Source of the DNA: Oscillospiraceae bacterium
Lineage (GTDB): Bacteria > Bacillota > Clostridia > Oscillospirales > Acutalibacteraceae
Assembly: GCA_015066065.1 (NCBI GenBank)
Contig: SVPB01000001.1
Span: 2,216 to 66,215, forward strand
DNA length: 64,000 bases
Direction of reading: 5' to 3'
Position 1 is the stretch's first letter; each line of letters opens with the position of its first letter. The notes under the pieces were generated by a model that did not search any database, was not told the DNA's origin, and saw only the letters and a program-made list of their open reading frames with translations. Below, piece by piece: positions 36,203-46,466 of this stretch. Both the position numbers and the translations under genes were made by a program.

Positions 36203-36348
36203 GAACGAGTAACTCCTTTCTCTTTGATGACTTGTGCTCACATTCAGTATGTATCAATTACAGAAAAATATTCGAAAAAAAGCGAAAACATCTTTTCATA
36301 TACGAAAATGTGTGTTAAAATGTTAAAAAAGAAAAAGGAGATAACGCT

Positions 36349-36618
36349 ATGAGAGCAGTTATTACGGTTGTTGGTAAAGATGCCGTTGGTATTTTAACTA
36401 AAGTATCCGGCGTGTGCAGTGATCATCACATCAATGTGGTGGAGGTCACCCAGTCCATTCTGCAGGATATGTTTGCGATGATCATGTTGGTGGAGATCGA
36501 CGGATGCGATATCCCATTTACAGCCTTGGTGGACGAGCTGGACGCTTTGGGCAAAGAAAATCATCTCGTTATACATTGCATGCACGAGGATATTTTTAAC
36601 GCTATGCATACGATTTGA
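36349..36618 (+). CDS. ACT-domain protein (UPF0237 family)
   Basis: [21 protein letters not shown] fits the ACT fold. 89 aa, the conserved partner of UPF0210. Confidence 0.85.
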   Translation: MRAVITVVGKDAVGILTKVSGVCSDHHINVVEVTQSILQDMFAMIMLVEIDGCDIPFTALVDELDALGKENHLVIHCMHEDIFNAMHTI

Positions 36619-36628
36619 GGTATCTCCT

Positions 36629-37990
36629 ATGATTAATACAAAAGATATATTGGAAACGATCACCATGATCCAGGACGAAAACCTGGACGTGCGTACCATC
36701 ACCATGGGTATTTCTCTGCTGGATTGCTGTGACAGTTCGGTGGACGCTATGTGCCGTAAGGTGTACGACAAGGTTACTCGCTCTGCCAAGGATCTTGTCA
36801 GTACGGGCGAGGCAATTGAGAAGGAATTCGGCATTCCCATTGTCAACAAGCGCATTTCCATCACCCCGGCTGCCATTGTGATGGCGGCGTGCGAGAATAA
36901 AGACGCTGTAAAACTGGCCCTGACCCTGGAAAAGGCCGCGACTGCCTGCGGCGTTAACTTTCTGGGCGGCTTTTCCGCCTTGGTACATAAAGGGTTTTCG
37001 GCTGGCGATCGTGAGCTGATCGAGGCGATTCCCGAAGCGTTGGCGGTGACCGACCATGTTTGCGCATCGGTCAATGTGGGCTCCACCAAGTCCGGTATTA
37101 ACATGGATGCGGTAGCTATGATGGGGCATATTGTACGGGCGGCCGCTGAGCGTACTGCCGACCGCGGCTGTATTGGCCCGGCGAAGCTGGTCGTGCTTTG
37201 CAATGCCCCGGAGGACAACCCCTTTATGGCAGGCGCTTTTCACGGCGTGGGCGAACCCGATCGCGTAATCAACGTAGGTGTTTCCGGCCCCGGTGTGGTG
37301 CGTGCCGCACTGGCTAAGGCTGGTCCGGACAAGAATCTGACGGAGATCGCTGATATTATTAAGAAAACCGCCTTTAAGATCACACGTATGGGTCAGCTGG
37401 TAGCACAAGAAGCCTCCCGTAGGCTGGATGCGCCTTTTGGCATTGTGGATCTGTCGCTGGCTCCGACGCCGGCGGTAGGTGACTCGGTGGCCCATATTCT
37501 TGAAGAGATTGGCTTGGAGCAGTGCGGCTGTCACGGCACCACAGCTACGCTGGCGATGCTCAACGATGCCGTCAAGAAGGGCGGTGTCATGGCGTCTTCT
37601 CATGTTGGAGGGCTTTCCGGTGCGTTTATTCCGGTGACCGAAGATGCCGGTATGATCGATGCGGCTCGCAGCGGTTGTCTGAGTATTGAAAAGCTGGAGG
37701 CCATGACCTCCGTTTGTTCGGTGGGTCTGGATATGATCAACATACCCGGCGACACGCCGGCGGAGGTGATCTCTGCCATTATTGCGGATGAGGCGGCGAT
37801 CGGCATGGTCAACTCCAAGACGACAGCAGTACGTGTGATCCCTGCCATCGGCAAACAAGTGGGGGAGGAGCTTAACTTTGGCGGTTTGTTGGGCGAAGGT
37901 CCGGTCATGCCGCTGAACACGGCCTCTCCGGCGGTGTTTATCAACCGCGGCGGCCGTATTCCGGCGCCGATGCAGAGCCTTAAGAACTAA
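36629..37990 (+). CDS. UPF0210 (DUF711, PFL-like) protein
   Basis: 453 aa. [27 protein letters not shown] is the characteristic N-terminus. Confidence 0.85.
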   Translation: MINTKDILETITMIQDENLDVRTITMGISLLDCCDSSVDAMCRKVYDKVTRSAKDLVSTGEAIEKEFGIPIVNKRISITPAAIVMAACENKDAVKLALTLEKAATACGVNFLGGFSALVHKGFSAGDRELIEAIPEALAVTDHVCASVNVGSTKSGINMDAVAMMGHIVRAAAERTADRGCIGPAKLVVLCNAPEDNPFMAGAFHGVGEPDRVINVGVSGPGVVRAALAKAGPDKNLTEIADIIKKTAFKITRMGQLVAQEASRRLDAPFGIVDLSLAPTPAVGDSVAHILEEIGLEQCGCHGTTATLAMLNDAVKKGGVMASSHVGGLSGAFIPVTEDAGMIDAARSGCLSIEKLEAMTSVCSVGLDMINIPGDTPAEVISAIIADEAAIGMVNSKTTAVRVIPAIGKQVGEELNFGGLLGEGPVMPLNTASPAVFINRGGRIPAPMQSLKN

Positions 37991-38015
37991 TGAAAGTCAA
38001 CGAGAGGTGAACGGT

Positions 38016-38561
38016 ATGCATAACGATATTAAACGTGTTTTGCTTTCCGAAGAGGAGTTGGAATCCATTATTACCCGTCTTGCGGGTGAGTTGGATCGGG
38101 ACTATGCCGGTAGAGACGGTCGCCTTGTGTTGCTTTGCATTCTGAAGGGGTCGGTGGTGTTTATGGGCGAATTAATGAAGAAGATCACTGTGCCGGTTGA
38201 GATTGATTTTATGAAGGTGTCTTCTTATGGCGCCGGGACTACTACCACCGGTAATATTCACATCGCCCTCGATATCAACCGTAAGGATATTGAATGCTGT
38301 GATATTGTGATCGTTGAAGATATCATCGATAGCGGCCGCACCCTGTCCCATCTGTCCAAATACTTGACACTTAAGGGCGCACGCAGCGTTAAAACATGTA
38401 CCTTATTGGATAAACCTAGCCGACGTGAGGTGGACTTTGAAGCCGATTACGTAGGCTGTAATATCCCGGATGAGTTTGTTGTCGGTTACGGTTTGGATTA
38501 CGACGAGCGCTACCGAGCGCTTCCTTATGTGGGGATTCTCAAGCCGGAAGTGTATATGTGA
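38016..38561 (+). CDS. hpt: Hypoxanthine phosphoribosyltransferase
   Basis: PRPP-binding loop VIVEDIIDSGRTL. ATG 38016 follows GAGAGG. Confidence 0.94.
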   Translation: MHNDIKRVLLSEEELESIITRLAGELDRDYAGRDGRLVLLCILKGSVVFMGELMKKITVPVEIDFMKVSSYGAGTTTTGNIHIALDINRKDIECCDIVIVEDIIDSGRTLSHLSKYLTLKGARSVKTCTLLDKPSRREVDFEADYVGCNIPDEFVVGYGLDYDERYRALPYVGILKPEVYM

Positions 38562-38565
38562 AATA

Positions 38566-38604
38566 AAATAACGGACTGTGCCATTGAGCACAGTCCGTTA
38601 TTTT
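38566..38604. terminator. Bidirectional terminator
   Basis: TAACGGACTGTGC / GCACAGTCCGTTA 13-bp stem with flanking A and T runs. Confidence 0.8.
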
Positions 38605-39445
38605 AGCGTTTGCTGTTTGTGTTGAGACGATCTGCAGCCGGAGAAACTTGATATCTTTTCTTGTAGGCACGGAAAAAGGCCGAATAGTCACGAAAACCGC
38701 AGTTAATAGCCGCCTGTGTAACGGGAATGCCGGACAATATTTGGCGCCGTGCCTCGATGAGTCTCTTGATAAGGATATAGTCCCAAGTGGTAGAGCCGGT
38801 GGCTGATCGGAATAGGCGCCCCAGCTGCGCTTTGCTGATGAAGAAATGGCTACATATATCATCCAACGAAAGCTCATCATAAAGGCGCTCATTGATGTAG
38901 GTGATGATGCTTTGTATTTGAGAGGGAGACTCCCTTTCCAGCGAGGAAGAGCTTTGTCGAAGTTTAAAACTGCGGCAAAGCTCGTTGATCATGACCGGAA
39001 GAATAGGAGAAATGATCTGCTTCGCATTATCCTGACAGGTGTTACGTTCGATGTATTGGAACAGCTGCTGCATAAACCCGTTGTCGTACTCTTCAAAGGT
39101 GAATCGGTTCCATACACCCAGTGGCCGATGGGTAAAAGGCGCCATCAATTCAGCGCGTTGCTCCAGAAGTGAGGACAGCTCCTCCTCGCGGAACTGGATG
39201 ACGATACGCTCGTAAGGGGTATCCGGAAGCAGCTCCGGGGAATGAACTTCGCCCGGGCGCATCAGCAGTATCGTGCCCGGCTGTAGGGGATAGGCGGAGC
39301 TTTCTACCAGATACCGCCCATGTCCGGATATGAAATAATAGAATTCGCAGAAATCGTGGGCGTGAAATCGCTGGGATATGTGATGATAGGACTTTGAATG
39401 AGAATAATACAACCCCTCATATTCAAATTCGTATAGCGCAGGCAT
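38603..39445 (-). CDS. AraC-family transcriptional regulator (cupin sensor plus HTH)
   Basis: N-terminal cupin (HAHDFCEFYYFISG). C-terminal double HTH (AAINCGFRDYSAFFRAYKKRYQVSP). Confidence 0.9.
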   Translation of the reverse strand: MPALYEFEYEGLYYSHSKSYHHISQRFHAHDFCEFYYFISGHGRYLVESSAYPLQPGTILLMRPGEVHSPELLPDTPYERIVIQFREEELSSLLEQRAELMAPFTHRPLGVWNRFTFEEYDNGFMQQLFQYIERNTCQDNAKQIISPILPVMINELCRSFKLRQSSSSLERESPSQIQSIITYINERLYDELSLDDICSHFFISKAQLGRLFRSATGSTTWDYILIKRLIEARRQILSGIPVTQAAINCGFRDYSAFFRAYKKRYQVSPAADRLNTNSKR

Positions 39446-39633
39446 TGCTTACCCCTCCATCTTGGTGGATTTGCACATATATCATAGCATAACATGATCA
39501 TATTTGCAATATGTTTTTCTCCTTTCGTCACCATAAGCAATGTATTTATTAGGATAAAAATGTATAATTAAATTAACGCTGAAAGAGGGCGATTGCGGTT
39601 GCTCTTGTCAGCAACTGTCAAGGAGGAATTGTG

Positions 39634-40671
39634 ATGAAACTGACATTCCGTTGGTATGGTGACAACGACCCGGTTACGCTGGATCATATTCGGCAGATCC
39701 CGACAATGACGGGCATTGTTTCCGCTGTTTATGACGTGCCGGCAGGCGGCGTCTGGAGTGAGGAGAGCATCTTGGCTCTCAAGAAAAAGGCGGAAGATAA
39801 AGGCCTGGAATTTGAGGTAGTTGAAAGCGTCCCCGTTCCGGAGGACATCAAACTGGGCACCGAAAAGGCCCCCGAGCTAATTGCTAATTATTGTGAAAAT
39901 GTCCGCCGCCTCGGTAAAGCAGGCGTCAAGTGTATTTGTTACAATTTTATGCCGGTATTTGACTGGCTTCGTAGCGAGCTGGAGCATCAGCAGGCCGATG
40001 GTGCCAACGCTCTGGCATATGATGAGCAGACGGTTCTGCAGATGAATCCTCTGACCTGTGAGCTGTCTCTTCCCGGCTGGGATGAAAGCTATTCCAAGGA
40101 TGAGCTTAAGGCGCTCCTGGAGAAGTACCACGCGATGGGCGAAGAGCAGTTGTGGGAGAATCTCAAGACCTTCCTGCAGGCGGTCATTCCCGTGGCGGAA
40201 GAGGTGGGCGTTAAGATGGCCATTCACCCGGATGATCCTCCGTGGGGTATGTTCGGTCTGCCGCGCATCATTACCACCGAGGCCAACCTGGAACGGTTCC
40301 TCAAGTTGGTGGATAGTCCTGCTAACGGCCTGACCTTCTGCACCGGTTCTCTGGGTGCCGATGTCAATAACGATCTGCCCGGTATGATCCGCAAGTTTGG
40401 CAAGCGCATTCACTTTGCCCATCTGCGCAACATCAAGCACACCGGTTACCGGCAGTTTGAGGAGGTGGGCCATCCCACCACCTGCGGTTCTCTGGATATG
40501 CTGGAGATCGTTAAAGCGTTGGTGGAGAGTGGCTTTGATGGCTACGTGCGTCCCGATCACGGACGTATGATTTGGGGCGAAAAAGGTCGCTATGGGTATG
40601 GCCTGTTTGACCGTGCTCTGGGTGCGGCCTATATCACCGGTCTGTTTGAAGCTGTGGAGAGGAGTAAGTAA
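39634..40671 (+). CDS. uxuA: Mannonate dehydratase
   Basis: MKLTFRWYGDNDPVTLDHIRQIP is a UxuA N-terminus. Full-length TIM barrel. ATG lies 7 nt after AGGAGG. Confidence 0.9.
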   Translation: MKLTFRWYGDNDPVTLDHIRQIPTMTGIVSAVYDVPAGGVWSEESILALKKKAEDKGLEFEVVESVPVPEDIKLGTEKAPELIANYCENVRRLGKAGVKCICYNFMPVFDWLRSELEHQQADGANALAYDEQTVLQMNPLTCELSLPGWDESYSKDELKALLEKYHAMGEEQLWENLKTFLQAVIPVAEEVGVKMAIHPDDPPWGMFGLPRIITTEANLERFLKLVDSPANGLTFCTGSLGADVNNDLPGMIRKFGKRIHFAHLRNIKHTGYRQFEEVGHPTTCGSLDMLEIVKALVESGFDGYVRPDHGRMIWGEKGRYGYGLFDRALGAAYITGLFEAVERSK

Positions 40672-40672
40672 A

Positions 40673-41455
40673 ATGCGTTTTGGTGTTTGTATTGCTACTA
40701 ACATTAGCAAAATTCCCGTTGTCAAGGCGGCTGGCTACGATTATGTTGAAATGAGCCTTGTCGGCGTTGCCGGCTGGTCGGACGAGAAGGTCGCGGAAGT
40801 ACGTGCGATTCTCGACAAGGAAGGCATCGAGATGGAGGCTACCAATGGCTTCTTTGGGTTTGAGGAAGGGTATCTGACCGACGACCGCCTGGATCTTAAG
40901 GTAGTGGAGGAGTATACACGCCGTGCGATGAAGAATGCTTCTCAGTTGGGTCTCAAGGTGGCCGTTCTTGGCAGCGGCACCGCCCGTCAGATCTTGGACG
41001 AGAGCAAACGCGATCAGGCGGAGGAGCAGTTTGTGCAGGTGCTTCGTCTGTGCGGCGATATCTGCGCCGAGTACGGTGTCAAGATTGCCATTGAACCTTT
41101 GCGCACCGAGGAGACCAACTTCATCAACACGGTGGCAGATGGTCTGGAGATGTGCAAGAAGGCCAATCACCCCAACGTGTTTGTGCTGGCGGATTTCTAC
41201 CATGTGTTCATGAACGGCGAAAGCCTGGATACGGTGCGTACCTGCGGCGATATGCTGCAGCACACCCACATTGCTCGCAGTAACCCGGATCGTCTGATGC
41301 CGGTCAACCCGGAGGATATGGCCGCCTGTAAGGAATGGGCAGCTGCGCTTAAGGAGAACGGGTACGATCTGCGCATGAGCTTGGAGGGCGGCTTCGGAGA
41401 AGACTGGGATGCTACCGTTATCAAGATGCGCGATGTTCTCAAGGTGTTTGAATAA
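40673..41455 (+). CDS. Sugar phosphate isomerase/epimerase (xylose-isomerase-like TIM barrel)
   Basis: 260 aa with an AP-endonuclease-2/TIM pattern (IAIEPL..EETNF, HTHIA). Starts 1 nt after the uxuA stop. Confidence 0.75.
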   Translation: MRFGVCIATNISKIPVVKAAGYDYVEMSLVGVAGWSDEKVAEVRAILDKEGIEMEATNGFFGFEEGYLTDDRLDLKVVEEYTRRAMKNASQLGLKVAVLGSGTARQILDESKRDQAEEQFVQVLRLCGDICAEYGVKIAIEPLRTEETNFINTVADGLEMCKKANHPNVFVLADFYHVFMNGESLDTVRTCGDMLQHTHIARSNPDRLMPVNPEDMAACKEWAAALKENGYDLRMSLEGGFGEDWDATVIKMRDVLKVFE

Positions 41456-41473
41456 GAAAGGGAGAGTGTAACG

Positions 41474-42298
41474 ATGAGTAAAGTAGTCGTAATCACCGGT
41501 GCGGGCGGCGTGCTGTGCTCCTCCTTTGCCGCAGCTATGGCAAAGGAAGGTCATAAGGTTGCCCTGCTGGATCTTAACGAGGAGGCGGCCAAGAAGGCGG
41601 CTGAGGCTATTGTGGCCGACGGCGGTGTTGCCAAGGGTTACAAAGCGAATGTTCTGGATAAGGATAATCTGGAGGAGGTGCACGCCCAGATTATAGAGGA
41701 CTTCGGCAAGTGCCAGATCCTCATCAACGGTGCCGGTGGTAACAGCCCCAAGTGCACTACCGCCCACGAGACCTTCCAGGATGGCGATGAGTCTGCAACC
41801 GATATTGCTACCTTCTTCAATCTGGACAAAGCCGGTTTTAACTTCGTGTTTGATCTCAACATGATGGGTACCCTGCTTCCCACACAGGTGTTTGCCCGGG
41901 ATATGCTGGGCGTGGAAGGCTGCTGTATCCTCAACATCTCTTCCATGAACGCTTTCCGCCCGTTGACCAAGATCCCTGCTTACAGCTCTGCCAAGGCCGC
42001 TGTTTCTAACTTCACTCAGTGGCTGGCGGTACATTTTGCCGAGCAGGGCATCCGTGTCAATGCGATGGCTCCCGGTTTCTTTGTTACCAACCAGAACCGT
42101 GCCCTGCTGTTTGATGACAACGGCAATCCCACCCCCCGTACCGAGAAGATCCTTCGTGCGACTCCTATGGGCCGTTTTGGCGATCCCGAGGAGCTGTTGG
42201 GTACGCTTTTGTGGCTTACCGATGAGAAGGCGTCCGGATTTGTGACCGGTATCGTGGTACCGGTAGACGGTGGCTTCTCTGCGTATAGCGGCGTGTAA
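41474..42298 (+). CDS. SDR-family oxidoreductase, UxuB(YjmF)-like putative D-mannonate oxidoreductase
   Basis: ITGAGGVLC cofactor motif and YSSAK catalytic motif. Size and context resemble the Bacillus SDR-type UxuB. Confidence 0.7.
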   Translation: MSKVVVITGAGGVLCSSFAAAMAKEGHKVALLDLNEEAAKKAAEAIVADGGVAKGYKANVLDKDNLEEVHAQIIEDFGKCQILINGAGGNSPKCTTAHETFQDGDESATDIATFFNLDKAGFNFVFDLNMMGTLLPTQVFARDMLGVEGCCILNISSMNAFRPLTKIPAYSSAKAAVSNFTQWLAVHFAEQGIRVNAMAPGFFVTNQNRALLFDDNGNPTPRTEKILRATPMGRFGDPEELLGTLLWLTDEKASGFVTGIVVPVDGGFSAYSGV

Positions 42299-42320
42299 TG
42301 GTTTTTAAGGAGGTTATACT

Positions 42321-43163
42321 ATGAACAAGGTGATTATTGGCGCGTTTGCCGATGAGGCAGGCGGCCGCTTGGATGACCAGATTGCGGCCATGCTGGACAA
42401 CGGTGTCAAGCATCTGGAAGCCCGTATGGTGGATGGCAAAAACTTTGTGGATTGCACCGCCGAAGAGGCTCGTGCTATCAAGGCAAAACTGGATGCCAAC
42501 GATCTGCGCATCTGGAGCATTGGTTCTCCTCTGGGTAAGATCAACATTACTGATCCTATGGAACCCCATCTTGACAAGCTCAAGCATACGCTGGAGCTGG
42601 CGGCCATCATGGGCTCTGAGCGTATCCGCATGTTCAGCTTCTTCATCCCGGAAGGGGAAGACCCGGCTGTGTACCGTGATGAGGTCATGGAGCGTCTTTC
42701 CCGTATGGTGGAAGTGGCTGCCGGCAGCGGCGTCAAGCTGTGCCATGAGAACGAGAAGGGCATCTATGGCGACGTGGCTGTGCGTTGTAAGGATATTCTG
42801 GATTCTGTTCCCGGTCTGGGCGGCATTTTCGACCCGGCCAACTTCATCCAGTGCGGCCAGAACACGCTGGAGGCGTGGGATCTGCTGAAGGACCGCATCG
42901 ACTATTTCCACGTAAAAGATTGCCTGGAGGACGGCAAGGTAGTACCCTGCGGCAAGGGCATCGGTCACGTTCCCGAGATCCTGAGCAAGTTCATTGCTGC
43001 CGGCGGTCAGCAGCTGACGGTGGAACCCCATCTGACGGTGTTTGATGGCTTTGCCGCTTTGGAGAAGGATGGCGCCAAGACCAAGATGGATGCGTTTGCT
43101 TATCCTTCCAAGCGAGCCGCTTTTGATGCTGCCGTTGCAGCGCTTAAGGAGTCCCTGGTATGA
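42321..43163 (+). CDS. Sugar phosphate isomerase/epimerase (xylose-isomerase-like TIM barrel), second copy
   Basis: 280 aa with an LCHENEKG..FDPANF..HVKD pattern. Not closely similar to the first TIM-barrel gene. Confidence 0.75.
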   Translation: MNKVIIGAFADEAGGRLDDQIAAMLDNGVKHLEARMVDGKNFVDCTAEEARAIKAKLDANDLRIWSIGSPLGKINITDPMEPHLDKLKHTLELAAIMGSERIRMFSFFIPEGEDPAVYRDEVMERLSRMVEVAAGSGVKLCHENEKGIYGDVAVRCKDILDSVPGLGGIFDPANFIQCGQNTLEAWDLLKDRIDYFHVKDCLEDGKVVPCGKGIGHVPEILSKFIAAGGQQLTVEPHLTVFDGFAALEKDGAKTKMDAFAYPSKRAAFDAAVAALKESLV

Positions 43164-44329
43164 GTAGTACGCTGCGTATAGCGGTGGTTGGTCTGGGCAA
43201 CATGGGCAGCGCCCATGCTGAATCCTTGATAGCCGGAAACGTGCCTGAGGCACGGTTGACCGCCGTGTGCGATACCGCTGAGGCCCGTCGTGTGTGGGCG
43301 ACAGAACACCTGCCCGATGTGGCGGTGTTTGATGACTTTGGTGTTATGCTGGATGCGGATGTTGCGGATGCTGTGATCATCGCTACGCCTCATTATCTGC
43401 ACCCGCCAATGGCGGTGTTGGCGTTCCAGAAAGGCCTGCACGTCCTATCCGAGAAGCCCGGCGGTGTGCAGGTGAGTGAAGTGCGTAAGATGTGCCAGGC
43501 GGCCGATGCTTCCGGCAAGGTGTTTGGCGTCATGTTTAACCAGCGCACCCATCCGTTGTTTCAGAGGGCACGACAGATAGTGCAAAACGGTGAGCTGGGC
43601 GAGCTCAAACGTCTCCAATGGACGGTGACCAACTGGTATCGCACCCAGAAGTATTATGACTCCGGTTCTTGGCGTGCCTCCTGGGCAGGGGAGGGCGGTG
43701 GCGTGTTGATCAACCAAGCCCCCCACCAGCTGGATCTGTGGCAATGGATCTTTGGCATGCCCAGCGCTATCTGGGCTAATTGCACTTGTGCCCATTATCA
43801 CCACATTGAAGTGGAAGATGATGCAACCATTTTTGCCCGTTACGAAAACGGCGCTACGGCTACCTTCATCACCACTACCGGCGAATCTCCCGGCACCAAT
43901 CGCTTGGAGATCGTTGGCGATCTCGGCAAGCTGGTTTTGGAGGAAAACAAGCTCCGTTGGTGGCGTTTGGAATGCCATGAGCGAGAAGCCTGCTTCGATC
44001 CGTCTGGCAAGGAACCTACCTTTACATATCAGGAGATTCTGCCGGATCATAAGGAAGAGGCGCACAATGGCATATTGCGCAACTTTGTCAGCGCCGTGCT
44101 TCATGGAACGCCCTTGCTGGCGCCCGGTCATGACGCATTGCAAGAGCTGACCATCTCTAATGCCGCCTATCTGTCTGCATGGACGGGGGAGATCATCTCC
44201 CTTCCGATGGACGAGGAACGCTTCAACGCCTTGCTGGCAGAGCGTGTAGCGCATTCTTCCTATCATCCCACCAACGCCGTCAGCGAGGCGGACGGCACCT
44301 ATAAGGCTCGCTGGAACGTGAGCTGGTAA
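43160..44329 (+). CDS. Gfo/Idh/MocA-family oxidoreductase
   Basis: VVGLGNMGSAHA Rossmann motif and EKP motif. C-terminal domain has NWYR..YYDSGSWRASWAGEGGG. Confidence 0.88.
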   Translation: MSSTLRIAVVGLGNMGSAHAESLIAGNVPEARLTAVCDTAEARRVWATEHLPDVAVFDDFGVMLDADVADAVIIATPHYLHPPMAVLAFQKGLHVLSEKPGGVQVSEVRKMCQAADASGKVFGVMFNQRTHPLFQRARQIVQNGELGELKRLQWTVTNWYRTQKYYDSGSWRASWAGEGGGVLINQAPHQLDLWQWIFGMPSAIWANCTCAHYHHIEVEDDATIFARYENGATATFITTTGESPGTNRLEIVGDLGKLVLEENKLRWWRLECHEREACFDPSGKEPTFTYQEILPDHKEEAHNGILRNFVSAVLHGTPLLAPGHDALQELTISNAAYLSAWTGEIISLPMDEERFNALLAERVAHSSYHPTNAVSEADGTYKARWNVSW

Positions 44330-44384
44330 CCGTATCACTTATACCCGTAGGGGTAATCATATTGCGAAAGGAACAGTGACAATC

Positions 44385-45551
44385 ATGGAAAAAGTACGTT
44401 TAGGTATCATTGGCTTCGGTAACATGGGTAGCGGCCATGCACGCAGCATCCTCAAGGGCGAAAGCCCCGAGTTGGAGATCACCGCCGTGGCGGATATCAA
44501 CCCCGATAAGATCGCCTGGGCAAAAACCATGCTGCCGGAGACGGTGACCTATTTTGACGATGCTATCAAGCTGATGGATAGCGGCCTGGTGGATGCCCTC
44601 ATCATTGCGACTCCCCACTACTTCCATCCGCCTCTCTCCATTGAGGGCTTCAAGCGTGGTTTGCACGTGATGTGCGAAAAGCCTGCCGGCGTGTACGCCA
44701 AGCAGGTGCGCGAGATGAATGCGGAGGCCGAGAAGGCCAACGTTACCTTCGGTATGATGTTCAACCAGCGGACCAACTGCGTGTACCGCAAGATGAAGGA
44801 GATCATCGACAGCGGCGAGATGGGTGCTATCCGTCGTGTTAACTGGATTATCACCAACTGGTACCGTCCCCAGGCTTACTATGATTCCGGTGCCTGGCGT
44901 GCGACCTGGTCCGGCGAGGGCGGCGGCGTACTGCTCAACCAGTGCCCCCATCAGCTTGACCTGATGCAGTGGATCTGCGGTATGCCCGTTAAGGTGGATG
45001 CTCACGTGCATCTGGGCAAGTGGCATGATATCGAAGTGGAAGATGATGTGACCGCTTACATGGAGTACGCCAACGGCGCTACCGGCCTGTTTATCACTTC
45101 TACCGGCGATGCTCCTGGCAGCAACCGCTTTGAGATCACCTTGGATAAGGGCAAGCTGGTTGTAGAGGGCGATAAGCTCTACAAGTGGGAGCTGGATGTT
45201 CCCGAACCGGAATTCACCAAGACCTGCACCTACGCCTTCGGCGAACCGAAGATCACCTACAGTGAGGTGGAGACCGATGGCCTTAATGAGCAGCATAAGG
45301 GCGTACGTAATGCCTTTGCCGCTAACATCCTGCGCGGCGAGCCCTTGGTGGCCAGCGGCGTGGAGGGTATCAATGGCGTTATCTTGTCTAACGCCATGCA
45401 TCTTTCCTCCTTCCTCGGCAAGCCGGTTGAACTGCCCATCGATGATGAGCTGTACTATGAAGAGCTGATGAAGCGTGTGGCTACCTCCCGTCGCAAGGTC
45501 GACGTGGTGGATAAGGTCAGCGACACCTCCAACAGTTACAAGGGTGTATAA
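44385..45551 (+). CDS. Gfo/Idh/MocA-family oxidoreductase (tandem paralog)
   Basis: Collinear similarity to the preceding gene (IGFGNMGSGHA, NWYRPQAYYDSGAWRATWSGEGGG). Start is ATG 44385 or GTG 44376. Confidence 0.88.
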   Translation: MEKVRLGIIGFGNMGSGHARSILKGESPELEITAVADINPDKIAWAKTMLPETVTYFDDAIKLMDSGLVDALIIATPHYFHPPLSIEGFKRGLHVMCEKPAGVYAKQVREMNAEAEKANVTFGMMFNQRTNCVYRKMKEIIDSGEMGAIRRVNWIITNWYRPQAYYDSGAWRATWSGEGGGVLLNQCPHQLDLMQWICGMPVKVDAHVHLGKWHDIEVEDDVTAYMEYANGATGLFITSTGDAPGSNRFEITLDKGKLVVEGDKLYKWELDVPEPEFTKTCTYAFGEPKITYSEVETDGLNEQHKGVRNAFAANILRGEPLVASGVEGINGVILSNAMHLSSFLGKPVELPIDDELYYEELMKRVATSRRKVDVVDKVSDTSNSYKGV

Positions 45552-45571
45552 TCGTTCTACCTGAAACTCCT

Positions 45572-45606
45572 AACGGCGGAAAAGCGAACGCTTTTCCGCC
45601 GTTTCA
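45572..45606 (+). terminator. Intrinsic terminator ending the sugar cluster
   Basis: AACGGCGGAAAAGCG / CGCTTTTCCGCCGTT 15-bp stem plus a T-rich tail. Confidence 0.8.
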
Positions 45607-45710
45607 TATTTCCCTTGAAATTCCCGGTAAACTATTATATAATATAACTATATGCGATGGCATACATATTCTCTGTTGTCCCTTGCCACAATAAGGGCGA
45701 GGTGACAGGT

Positions 45711-46418
45711 ATGAATAACGATGACAAGAAGAAACAGTCGGAATCGGAAGAGAACGAAACTACCCGTATGCAGGAACGTCTTCGCATGGTGGAGGATACC
45801 GGCTCGGTGACCACCGATGACGGTCATCACCGCATCCATTGCATGACCATCGTTGGGCAGATCGAGGGCCATTACACCCTGCCGTCAGAGAGCAAGACCA
45901 CTAAGTACGAGCACGTGATCCCACAGCTGGTGGCGGTGGATGAAAGCCGGGACATTCAAGGCCTTTTGATTCTCCTCAATACGGTAGGCGGAGATGTTGA
46001 AGCTGGTTTGGCCTTGGCGGAACTGATAGCCGGCATGAAGAAGCCCACCGTTTCGTTGGTGCTGGGTGGTGGTCATTCCATCGGTGTTCCGTTGGCGGTA
46101 GCGGCTCGCCGGTCGTTCATTGTTCCTTCCGCTACTATGACCATCCATCCGGTGCGCATTAACGGCCTTGTGCTGGGTGTGCCTCAAGCGTTTACTCATT
46201 TTCAGCGCATGCAGGAGCGTATTGTTCATTTTGTCAGTGCGCATTCCAACATGCCGGCGGATCGCTTTGTGGATCTGTGTATGAATACGGGGGAGCTGGC
46301 CACCGACATTGGTACGGTGCTGGATGGCGAAGAAGCGGTACAGGAAGGCTTAATTGATTCGTTGGGCAGTCTCCGCGAGGCGATGTCCAGCCTTTATGAT
46401 ATGATTGACGCCAATTAG
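45711..46418 (+). CDS. tepA: ClpP-fold serine protease, TepA-like
   Basis: ClpP/crotonase fold (LLILLNTVGGDVEAGLA, SATMTIHPV). Sits upstream of ftsK/spoIIIE as in Bacillus. Confidence 0.8.
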   Translation: MNNDDKKKQSESEENETTRMQERLRMVEDTGSVTTDDGHHRIHCMTIVGQIEGHYTLPSESKTTKYEHVIPQLVAVDESRDIQGLLILLNTVGGDVEAGLALAELIAGMKKPTVSLVLGGGHSIGVPLAVAARRSFIVPSATMTIHPVRINGLVLGVPQAFTHFQRMQERIVHFVSAHSNMPADRFVDLCMNTGELATDIGTVLDGEEAVQEGLIDSLGSLREAMSSLYDMIDAN

Positions 46419-46466
46419 GGTGACAAGTTGTCTCCCTTTACATATTAAGATAGTGAGGAGATACAT

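Noticed and set aside
39598-39618. Short hairpin (GTTGCT / AGCAAC) just upstream of the uxuA RBS as a riboswitch or attenuator.
   Set aside because: The stem is only 6 bp, with no T tract or alternative structure, so the evidence is insufficient.
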